From the NCBI GenBank assembly GCA_002633005.1, contig NMRA01000202.1, positions 455,667-519,666 of the forward strand: a stretch of DNA of 64,000 nucleotides, in the 5' to 3' direction. A program made the translations under genes and the position numbers. Source of the stretch: Phoronis australis. Its lineage: Eukaryota > Animalia > Phoronida. The notes below the pieces were generated by a model. It was not told where the DNA came from, searched no databases, and saw nothing but the letters and a program-made list of their open reading frames with translations. Positions within the stretch are counted from its first letter, which is position 1, and every line of letters starts with the position of its first letter. Positions 14,301 through 24,299 of the stretch are shown here, piece after piece.

Positions 14301-16823
14301 ATACGTGCTTGCAAATGTATATTATTTCTTCGAAAATATAACATTCCTTGCAAGACTAAGTATTGCGACGGAGCTTTGGTGCAACTTTTGATTTTACAAC
14401 CGTACTGCCACCCTCCGGGCGTATTTAGTACAAAATACTACATGTACTTGAGGACATTTTTGCCCAGAATGTCGCAATATCGTTCCCTTAAATTTTGTTT
14501 CGTTGTTCCACAATACAGGTGGTAATTCTTATCCGATCAACATCGTTGAAATCGAATTCAACTAAATATGGTGTTGTGGCGTCCATTTCTCATATCTTCA
14601 CTTTCCGGAGTTACATCACCGCTGTAGACCTACCAGGAGGTATTTTTATGCAACCACATATTCATACATGTACATGGGTGCATATTGCCGTGATCTGGGC
14701 GTCCGGAATCCGCGGCTGTATCTCCTAAACCCGTGAAACAGCTTTTGAAATTTGGCAAAAAGGTTTTTAATACGAGGGCGATGATTCCATTCCATTTTGG
14801 AACGGATTCGACAAACTTTACGCCACCTTGTGGTCGTTTTTGCCATTAACTGCTCTAAGGATCATTATAAAAATTTACAGATGTGTTACTGATGAGAAGG
14901 CCATGACTGAAGTTGACTTCCGGACGGGTCTGACTACTGTGTCTCCCCCTAGTGGAGATTTTGTTTTTTGCGTTTGTGGCCAAATACGTGTATCATTAAT
15001 CCATTTGAAGGAGCTTTGTGGAATTTGTAAGATGTATTCTTATGGAGCCGTCGATGAACGGTATCGAGTGTCTAGTAACTGATCCAGATACCACCATGCC
15101 CCTTAGTGACCTTCGGAGTTCATGAATGTATTTTCATGAAATTCGACAAATATGTTTCTATTACAGGGACGACAACGCCTTCCCATTTTAGGACAGATTT
15201 GATGTTTTCTGCGCCACGTGGGGGCCATTTTTGTTATTTCTTGCGTCCGTTTTCTGGCGTTCATTTCCCTATCTGCCATACCGCGTAAAGGACCATTATG
15301 AAATTTACAGACTGCCCATGTGTTCCTAGTGAGAAGGCCACGACTGAAGTTGACTTTTGGACGGGTCCAACTGCAGTGTCGCCCCCTAGTGGTGATTTTT
15401 TCTGAGGCCGAATCTCCTTAAACCTTTGAAGGAGCCTTATGAAATTTGAAAGATGTGTTCCTATGGAGCCGACAACAAACGGTAACAAATGTCAAACTTC
15501 CGCTCAAAGGATCATTGTTTAAATTTACAGATGTGTTGCTGATGAGGCCATGACTGACTACTACTGTGTCGCCCCATAGTGATAGATTTTTTTTGCGTTT
15601 GTGGCCAAATTTCCTTAACCATTTGAAAGAGCTTGATGAAATTTGAGAGATGTGTTCCTATGGAGCCGACAAGAAGCGGTTACACATCTCAAACTAATCC
15701 AAATACAATGTGCCATATGCCCAAAGAAAAAAATGTATTTTTTTACGTTTACCTCTGTATATTCGGAGTTCATAAATGTATTTTCATGAAATTCGTCGAA
15801 TATGTTTCTATTAAGGACTGAGACGACAATGCCTTCCCATTTTAGGGCAGATTTGATGTTTTCTGGGCCACTAGGTGACCGTTAAAATTTTTTCGTTGAT
15901 TTTTTTATCGCCTGCCTCTCTATTTGCCAATCCATTCAAAGGACGATTAGGAAATTTGGCGGTTGTGTTCCGGATGCGAAAACCCTAGCTGATGTTAATT
16001 TTCGGATGTTTTTAGTATTCCGGTGCCCTTTAAAGACAATTTTGTTTTTATATCTACGGCTGTATCTGATCCTTAACCCTTTGAAGGGATCTTAAATTGC
16101 GACGTTTAGCAGCTGGACGGCAACAGATGACGATGAGTTTCAGACCAATCGGACAATAGCTGTGCCCCCTAGTGACAATTGTTTTTTTACGTTTGCCTCT
16201 TATTAACATATGAGGTCCTTGGCTTATTTTCATGAAATAGTTGTGTTTTATAGAGAAGATGCTACCTTCTCAATTAGAGTGGAATTGACACTTTCTGCGC
16301 CATCTAACGGCTATTTTAAACACCCATAGAAGTACACCGTTTACGGTGCTATCGTGGGCACACTTCAAGGCTGCGCGATGCTCTTATTTATGAAACTTAG
16401 CCTGTGGATAAATCTTGTCACGTGCGACCCGAAGAAAACCATATATCTTTTACGACGGTTTACCATTCTCGAGGTTTTCTGATGACTGATCTCTCATTGA
16501 TTTCACGTTTTGTATCTCCAGTGTACCAGGATCTTTCTGAAATTTGATGTGCAGGTAGATCTTGTCAACCGCCGCCGGGAGTCTTTTTTCCCGCTTTGGC
16601 TCACCGTTCTTATCATCAGATCTGTAAATCTCGAATTATTCGAGATTTACTCATCTGATGATGATAACTTCTCCTTTGACTGTTTCTTTGATGTATCTTA
16701 GAAAACTTACCTTATGACCTGTAATGCTTTATTTTTAGGCTACTTTTTGCTTCATGGGACAAAAGACTTCACCCTGAGTGGATGACTGGAATCAAGAATC
16801 GTATTTTAAAGAGAACAGTGTGA
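5093..16823 (+). CDS. AQP8: Aquaporin-8-like MIP channel, 5 coding exons, 275 aa
   Basis: Exons 5093-5343, 8027-8153, 12620-12834, 14125-14274 and 16739-16823 all have GT-AG boundaries and consistent phases (2,0,2,2), totalling 828 nt. Motifs [31 protein letters not shown] and WIGPLLG are present; C-terminus [11 protein letters not shown]...KRTV*. Confidence 0.93.
8027..8153 (+). CDS. AQP8: Aquaporin coding exon 2 (first NPA)
   Basis: ttccag|T GGC GGC CAC TTC AAC CCG GCG = (S)[17 protein letters not shown]...GAACIK; donor AAA|GTAAGC. Confidence 0.93.
12620..12834 (+). CDS. AQP8: Aquaporin coding exon 3
   Basis: caacag|[18 protein letters not shown]...[22 protein letters not shown]...[13 protein letters not shown]; donor AC|GTAAGC. 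Confidence 0.93.
14125..14274 (+). CDS. AQP8: Aquaporin coding exon 4 (second NPA)
   Basis: ttctag|[19 protein letters not shown]...[19 protein letters not shown]; donor AG|GTATAG. Confidence 0.93.
14643..16388 (+). mobile_element. Helentron/DINE-1-like non-autonomous element with internal array of ~130-170-bp diverged subrepeats
   Basis: Starts TTTTTATGC...GGGTGCATA...GCGTCCG...TATCTC. Internal recurrent units AAATTTACAGATGTGTT...GAGAAGGCCATGACTGAAGTTGACTT...GCCCCCTAGTGG. Ends with small hairpin CACCGTTTACGGTG, GGGCACA and GCTCTTATTT. Classification is by architectural resemblance only. Confidence 0.6.
16739..16823 (+). CDS. AQP8: Aquaporin terminal coding exon 5
   Basis: atttttag|G CTA CTT TTT GCT = (R)[27 protein letters not shown]; phase matches exon 4; TGA at 16821-16823. 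Confidence 0.82.
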
Positions 16824-17766
16824 GATTGCTAAGCACTACGATGTGTTGCAGCGCTACCTACTGTAGTTAGCTTGTACCGTAAAATTAACTCTCTTCAGTT
16901 CTGGCTATTTACACTCTGCGATTATGTTATTTGAAATGTAAGCCTACTCGGCTGTCGGTCCTCTGGTATTTAGGGACGCAGATAATGTCTAAAACTGTGC
17001 AGACGTTGCAGGACATTTACTCGTTATGTAAATATTCGATTAAACACATGGAATCAAATGGCCAGGTTATATACGTGAGTTGTGATTTTACCGAGGTCTA
17101 CTTCAGTCACCAGATGGCGAGACCAGCTGGTCCACGAGTCGGCTCACGAAGAACTGTCAAAAAAACACGTCATGGAAATCGACATTCGGTGAGTCCGCTG
17201 AAGTTGGCGTGGTACCAGCATATAGGTCATGAAAGGATTCACGGCAGTTAATATCAGCTTTTGGGCTGAGAGTCAACATACTCTCAATACAGAATGATTT
17301 TTAGAAATGATAAGAAGTCTTCATTCAGTACCAGTACCAGTTCCGGGTTGAGGCAAGTTCTTGTATTTTTGGCCCACAAAAGGGCAGCCTGAATATTCCG
17401 AGAAAAACACCTTCAATCCACAATCATAGCATCAACACTTTCAACGAACAGCATTTTAAATAACCATCTACAAAAGGAATATTGAATGGCACTGACATTC
17501 ATAAATAAGCAGACTATTCAATAACCTTTTTGTAGTGCATTTCTTGTCTTCTTCTCCTACATATCATTAAAGAGCGTTGAATGAAATTTTCTCGTGACTC
17601 TTTTATTTGGGGGAATCTCAGACTTCTAACGGTGTGAGTAAATGCAGGTTGTTCCCATATTAACAGCGATAAAAAGAGTTTCTGACACTCTGTGGAGTTC
17701 CTGGTGGGACAGTAATTTTTTAATAAAATACGCGCGAAAAAATAGATTTTGAAGAAATTGATAAAT

Positions 17767-18636
17767 ATAGATTATTACATGGCGAAGTCGTTATCCCCCG
17801 TTATCTAGAGCCCAAGTGGATGTTGGAGATTTATCGCCCGAGAGGCGTTAGCCCCGAGGGTGATAATTCTCCAAAATCCACGACGGCTTTAGATAAGGGA
17901 GATAACGACTGAGAACATGTAATAATCTATTTATATCACATACTGAACGAGAAACATTGCAATGAATCGATCTACCTTTCTCGACTCGCCTCGGCTTTGT
18001 AACTACTTTCTAGGTCAGCGGCCTGGGGTTGGAGGTCGTGACCTTTTAAGAAAAGCCGAGCTATTTTTGTCAAATAATGCTTTTACTCAAAACCTATTGA
18101 AATTTTAAACAAAACAGAAATAGAGTGACTCTATAAATTAAGGTTTAGTAACTATTATGGCTTACTACACATTTTATCACTCTAAGCTTCGACCGGGAAA
18201 ATATCGTCTGCTAAAGTAGGTTACCACTAATAACCGAGTATAATGCTCAAGTTAAAGGATCCCGACGACACGATATCCGCATTCAAATTGGAAAACGGTG
18301 ATTTACAAGTGAGAGAACACGAGAGAAAACTTTCACTGAATTAAAACATCGTTTTTATGGAAGTTATCCGTCTTATTTTTCATAGGTATAAATGTCGGTA
18401 CAATGCCCTTTGCTGAACATGCGATTGTTGCGCGTGCTCATTTAAGTATTCTATTTTCACGTTAGATGACGTCAACCGCTCAGGGGTGTAGTGGTAACGT
18501 AGGCGACCCGAAGTTCTTGAGGCCCGAGTTCGAAATCGGCCTCGGTTTCCCGCCAAAATGTTATCTCACTAATGAGATAATTAAATGCGTTATTACACGG
18601 TTGTATTTGCCATTTGACGCTAATATTGTGGTATAA
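17767..18636 (+). mobile_element. Palindrome-headed non-autonomous element, family 1 (Crypton-like architecture)
   Basis: Imperfect inverted repeat 17767-17930, then TTATATCACA (17931-17940), whose near-complement TGTGGTATAA closes the element at 18627-18636. Confidence 0.6.
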
Positions 18637-19290
18637 AAGACATTTAATTGGGGTTATATTTCATGTTTTTTTGTGAATGCAATGCGTGTACATTAGTTGT
18701 TTGTTGCGCTAGTCGTGATAACAGTATTCAGTATTCATATAAACTGGTCAAATTTATTGAAATTGACATATTACGTGATTTGCAAGTGCAGACTCATTTT
18801 CAACAAAGAACAACCTTGAAATGTATTTCTGGTATAACATGGTCCATTACCAATCGATGTCTGGCATTATTTCGACCCCCTTGCTAATACACTTAATTTT
18901 CACGTCGTTTCTTACCCCTGGAGGAAGACATGTATCAGACTTTGTTCGCAGTACCACCAGGAGGATTAGTTTCTAAGGTACCACATTGAAATTTGAAAAC
19001 TGGACTATTGGCTTAAAAATGGTAATTCAATGTTGAATTTGAAAGCAAAACAGGGAATTTTCTTGAGCAATCAAAATTGAATTATGAAAATCGAAACATT
19101 GGCAACTGTTTCAACGTTTCAATATTCTAATATCAAAACGAAAATCACACAACCAGCAATAAATTAAATTGAAAATCATCTCAAAAAGATTAACTATTAT
19201 CTCATATTTCATATTTCAATTCGAGTTCAATCATGCAACTAGGAAGTGGCACACTATTGTGCCCACTGTACCATATATGAAGTACAAACC

Positions 19291-19392
19291 AATTAAATTA
19301 CGAAAAGCTGTAATTGAGTGAAAAATATGTCTGAGATCATCAACGCACCTTATTTTTTGCTAAAAAGACATGGAAAAAGGTTGCCTTCGCCT
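19291..19392. mobile_element. Solo terminal fragment of the Kolobok-like family at 62381-63710
   Basis: ~100 bp closely matching 63606-63710, ending AAAAAGGTTGCCTTCGCCT followed by TTAA (19393-19396). Confidence 0.85.
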
Positions 19393-21893
19393 TTAATATA
19401 GCCGAAGGTGGCAACGAAGCGAGGCTCTCCATCTTAATATAAGGGCGATGCTTGAATGCGGCCTATAACTGCAGGATTGGGGGCAAACATAAGTGGCAAC
19501 GATTACTTTAAACTGAACTGGGGAATCAAACGCACTGAAGTCCAATCAGTTTTGACCGGCGTAGCTTTTTTCGGCGTGATGAACGAGGGGTTGGCCCTGT
19601 TGTGCCCTCCGACAGGGAGAGGGATACGCCAGTCAGTTTTCGCAGCCCAGTGAGACAATATATACCATTTAAACTGACTTTCATACTTGTGCCTGATTGG
19701 AAAATGACATGCTGAACTGTTGATTCTGAGTAGACCATTAAAATTCTTTGAAATAAATCTCGCATATGAATACATTACAAAATAATTTAGTGAACCAATA
19801 TTATAGAAGCGTTCCGTAGACGCAATAAACTCGCAGAAAATCAAGATCACGCAAGACAACGAAAATTCACGCTTGTAGTGGCATATCTATTACAAGCGGC
19901 TTCTGCAGTCGTGGCGACTGCAGAATCTTCCACACCTGGACATTTCTAGAATTTTTTTGGATCCTACTTCGCCATTTTCATAACTTTCCCGAACCTGGGG
20001 GTCAACCCTGGGGTCACTCACTTCCCGCTGTTCCCTCTATAGCTAATACGCCATATCAGTAATTCTTTTATTACTCAATGCGAACTCCAATCATGCCCTA
20101 TTCATCGACGCATTGAAATACAGTCTACTCGTGAATAGCTCCGTGTTCGCGAAAGAAAAGATTGGATAAACGCCGCGCTTATTCAATGCTCAATCCGATC
20201 AGTCATGCGGAATCTATTCTAAAAGAACTCAGTAATGCCTCAGTAAATATTTGGTTTCGTCGACACAGACTTCGTTTAGTGTAATAAACGGCACAGCCAA
20301 AGGAGTTCTCCAGCGACTAAAACCATACATTTGAACAATATTAGGTGTCCTTCCAGGTCCTTCTTTGAGACCGGGTAAGTACAGATAGTATTTTGAAAAC
20401 ACTGGGCAAAACGCCGAGTGCATATTTGGGATGAAAATCGTGTACCGACGGTAGGCCGGGTTTCGACGGAACTCCAAAAACGATCGTTTAATCAGCACAA
20501 AGATATTGTTGGAGCCAGCACTAACTTCAAAAACTCAGTACATTTAGAGCTATATCGCTACTGTCTTGAAACAATTTCTGCACAGTTAACATGGATTCCG
20601 GTATATAAGCCTAAGTCAAACCTGATCGACCTTTACAAATTCCTTTTGCAAGATGGTTTCAGACTACTTACAGTCAGGAATTAACCACTCCTCATACAAG
20701 TAGGAGAGACAAGACGTAAGGCTTAGAACGGGGGAGGGGTCTTCTATGACCACTTTCTGGACGTTCCCTACGAAATGTGACTTTCCCTACGAACAGGTAC
20801 CCCCCTTCATTATTCTGTGATTCTTTCCCATGACAACTTAAATGTGAACCCATGACGTCTCCTAGTTAAAGCTGCACTTCGTCCTGTACTGCTGGCTAAA
20901 ATGAAATTGAACCAACGAAGCCTTTTAATCTCAACAGGTCTCATAACATTCCTTTCTGTGATAGGATTACATTCCCGTTACCAAGGACACCAAAACTATC
21001 AGCGAATCAAGAAAACGCTTCAGAGATTAAGTCTTTGGTGACAAAACATTGAGGATTCGAAAATGGCGCATGCGCTAGCCCGTGACTCGAGTTGCTGGCT
21101 CATTTGGCAACAAGGTGGGATGAGCGTGCTACTGATTTTAAACCCCGAAGCACTTTGGTTAAGAATTTGCCACCGACAGTCGAAGAAGGGAAATGTAGCT
21201 TCAATCCTACTGTACTTGATCAGGCTGGGTATTTATCATGACAGTTCCATAATTTCCTTGTCTTTTTTGCCATTCATCTGGGCAAAATTCCCGTCACTTC
21301 AATAAATGCAAGAGTTAATCCTCTAGTCGTGCGTGATTTTGTCGTGTTGTTTTGTCGGACTTTTGCATATTGGGACAATTGTTGGATAGATAAAACTTTT
21401 CAAGTTCAAAGCTGTAAAACAATTAACTACGCTGTAGTTCTTCGATTTCATTCAATTTAAATTCTTCTATTCTCGCCGTTGTGTATGCCAGACATTCACA
21501 GAAATCAAAACCAGCGACTGTACCAGCTAACTACGCTCAGAGTACTCGGCCGAATGGGATTTAGCCAGAGCGTTTTACTCGGTGCAAGCCGGCCTGAACG
21601 TTACTGGTTCGAATCTGCCCTGTGGCTTATGATCAGCAAATCACAGTTCTCGTCGATAACGTCAATTTGAAGAAGAGGAAGTAGTTTCACGAGATGCTGA
21701 ACACTTAACGCTATTTTCTTAAAACAGTGCAGGTGTTCTGAATCACGTTGCATCAGACGTGCTCAGGCCGCTCTGCCAGGCACATTACACCAAACACCTG
21801 AAACCACTTTTGATTTCTTAATAAACTCATACAAAACATAGAACAGAAATTAAGATCGAGCTTAGGAGCTAGAGACTTCAAGAGTCTAGCATT

Positions 21894-21966
21894 GGGGTGC
21901 AGTGGGAGTCGAACCGACGACCTTGTGAACAGGAGGCACACACTCAACCCACTAGACCACCCCTCC
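21894..21966 (-). repeat. tRNA-derived SINE head (Pol III A/B boxes)
   Basis: Minus strand GGGGTGGTCTAGTGG (A box) ... GGTTCGACTCC (B box) at tRNA spacing; I could not fold a clean cloverleaf. Confidence 0.6.
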
Positions 21967-22016
21967 TTATCAACTTCATTTAGCTACGTATTTTTTATTT
22001 TCAGCTGCAGCTAACC

Positions 22017-22496
22017 ATGCCGTATATCCACAAACCAGACTTCTCACCAACAGAACCTAAATGGGGACCAGAAAGCGCCACATATTGGAGTTATTTTAAC
22101 TTCGCAAATACAGATAGCCAACGGAGATCCAAGTACTTCATGAAAACTACATCTACTATTTATTCAAGTGTTTACCTCACTCCAGGAAAGGAACAAGAAC
22201 ATAGACTCAACAACAAAAACGGAAATGGCTCGCACATCCTTTTGAAAAATTCACAAACCAATACCCCAGCGCTTCCGCAGAATCATAAAACCTCTCCAGT
22301 GCCAGTCGCGAAATCTCTCGAGGTGCCTTCCTTGAAAAAAGCAGACGAAAGTTTCCAGAGAGCGCCATTTTTGATTTCACCACAACATTGGAGAAGTGGA
22401 AGACACCTACAAAGATGGCCGTGGGCTGGACATTTGCGAGATTGGCCTTGGTCCCAGAACTGCCCGAAAAACAGGCCAAGGTCATCGGAGAACTGA
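22017..22496 (+). CDS. Candidate orphan protein, 159 aa, single coding exon
   Basis: Longest unexplained ORF in the window. Preceded by a strong acceptor TTTTTTATTTTCAG (22004) and AACC-ATG context; upstream strong donor CGG|GTAAGT at 20375. No recognisable domain. Confidence 0.5.
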   Translation: MPYIHKPDFSPTEPKWGPESATYWSYFNFANTDSQRRSKYFMKTTSTIYSSVYLTPGKEQEHRLNNKNGNGSHILLKNSQTNTPALPQNHKTSPVPVAKSLEVPSLKKADESFQRAPFLISPQHWRSGRHLQRWPWAGHLRDWPWSQNCPKNRPRSSEN

Positions 22497-22530
22497 GTAG
22501 ACAAGGAGATCCCTGAAGTTCAAATGTTAA

Positions 22531-22714
22531 AGCTGCACTTCGCCCAGTTCGCTGGTTGAAAACGAAAAAGAAATAGATCTCTTACTCTCATAAGTCTCGT
22601 AACATTCCTTCCTTGTTGGTAACAAAAATTGGAATGCCACAACACCGATGTTACGAGAGCAACCAGCACAATTTCATTTTCGTGTTTAGCCAGCTAAACA
22701 GGACAAAAGCAGTT
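22531..22714. mobile_element. TTAA-flanked MITE (Kolobok-type ends)
   Basis: TTAA|AGCTGCACTTCG...GGACAAAAGCAGTT|TTAA with ~45-bp imperfect TIRs; related copies at 20870-~20990 (left end) and 43468-43656. Confidence 0.7.
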
Positions 22715-22889
22715 TTAAAAATCAATGAATTAATTAACCACAATCTCTATTAAAGATATCACAGTCGTACATGAAAACAGTTTATTTTATCTGGTTGATA
22801 TATAAGTTGTAGAAGAACCATCAACAGCAATATAAATAGTTATTAATTTATTTTAATTCTGAAGACACTAAGCTACCAGCCATTTCTGT

Positions 22890-23400
22890 TAACATGAGAT
22901 AGCTCCTCCGCTAACATTAGGGGTTTTGTTACCCCAGAAAATAAGCGAGCCTATGTCAATCTGGGACTAACCTGTCCTCATCCATTTACAAATTAATGCC
23001 CGTGGCTTAGCCCCGATGCTGAAGAAAACCTATCCGCTAATTTAAAGACGCTATTAATTACCCTTCAATTTTAAAAACAGTCATGTTGGTTGTTTGCCTA
23101 ACTTATTGGTAGTTTTTTTTTACTTTAAAACTCACACGCTAAATGAGGGTGTTGGTTTACAACACAATTATCTCATTCAACATGCTCGGCCAAGCCCATG
23201 AACAGCGAGTAGCTCACTTCAATCCGTGATGGCGCCATCAAGCCTTTGATATCTCCACGACTTCGCTGGATACTCTAGGGTAAAGGGTGCATGCTTTCTC
23301 GTCCACTAGCGTGCAAATCTTACCTAATGAACAAACACGGTAGACTTGATGATCACCACAATCCCTCTTGTGTAATCCACATGCTAAGCTGACACACATG
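22890..23400. repeat. Old dispersed repeat, second copy at ~57955-58470
   Basis: Collinear shared blocks, e.g. ACAAATTAAT...GCTTAGCC.CGATG.TGAAGAAAACCTA, TTCAATTTTAAAAAC and GCCAAGC.CATGAA.AGCGA...CTTCAATCCGTGA.GGC.CCATCAAG. Confidence 0.7.
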
Positions 23401-23612
23401 CACTGGGACATCACTCCTAACAGTTTCTTCATGTATCACAGCTTTCAGTCATTCCCTTAGGACATGCCTCTCTACGTGTCTGAGCCATCATTGAGGCATT
23501 CATAAGGAACATCGATTCCCCTTAAGAATATCTCAACCTGCCAGAGCTGTCCGCCATGCACAAGGATATTCCTCAGGCTTTCACAGTTGTTCCCAGTATT
23601 GCCATCAGCAGA

Positions 23613-23682
23613 CAGTGGGGCTCAGTGGTTAGAGCTCGGGACTCCCGCTTGGGAGACGTGGGTTCAAATCCTGGCTTCACTG
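23613..23682 (+). repeat. tRNA-derived SINE head
   Basis: GGCTCAGTGGTTAG (A box) and GGTTCAAATCC (B box); anticodon-arm equivalent CTCCC-GCTT-GGGAG has a non-canonical 4-nt loop. Confidence 0.65.
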
Positions 23683-23794
23683 GCTGACATTCGAGCATTG
23701 CACAAAGGTGTGACAGCCTCCTATTCCTCTGAGCTCGGTCTTACTTGTGAATGGATATAACGCGAAAGCGATTTCCGAGGGCTGTGCTCCTGTT

Positions 23795-23934
23795 TTAAAA
23801 CCATGAAAGCTTTTTTCTAAGCCAAGTAACTACATATCCAATAAAGATAATGGCTACAATGATGATGTATGACCACAGTTGATGAAACCTATGAGGAAGA
23901 CGTAGTAGATGATATTCTAAATTTCCACTAGAAT
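23795..23934 (-). CDS. Duplicate of the metallophosphoesterase terminal exon (other side of a 1-N gap)
   Basis: 23741-24078 repeats 24080-24446 across N at 24079. Confidence 0.55.
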
Positions 23935-24159
23935 CTGAAACAATAAAAGGAATAAACATCACTAGACCTTCAACAACAACAACAAGGGCAATTCAAACCA
24001 TTCAAATGCATTCATGTGCTGAAAGAATGAGTACTCATGTACTGTGATGTGAAGTAAGCATTCGGTTACACAATTCTGNTTACTTGTGAATGTGTGCAAG
24101 GGAGCGAATGAGAACCTGGATATAATGCGAAAGCGATTTCCGAGGGCTGTGCTCCTATT

Positions 24160-24299
24160 TTAAAACCATGAAAGCTTTTTTCTAAGCCAAGTAACTACAT
24201 ATCCAATAAAGATAATGGCTACAATGATGATGTATGACCACAGTTGATGAAACCTATGAGGAAGACGTAGTAGATGATATTCTAAATTTCCACTAGAAT
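24160..24299 (-). CDS. Metallophosphoesterase terminal exon 8
   Basis: tttattgtttcag|(D)SSGNLEYHLLRLPHRFHQLWSYIIIVAIIFIGYVVTWLRKKLSWF*. Confidence 0.85.

Noticed and set aside
16821-16832. Stop-codon readthrough or selenocysteine at the aquaporin TGA
   Set aside because: An in-frame TAA follows two codons later and no SECIS-like structure was recognised.
21545-23682. Functional tRNA genes at ~21550, 21894-21966 and 23613-23682
   Set aside because: A/B boxes are present but no canonical cloverleaf with a 7-nt anticodon loop could be folded; treated as SINE heads.
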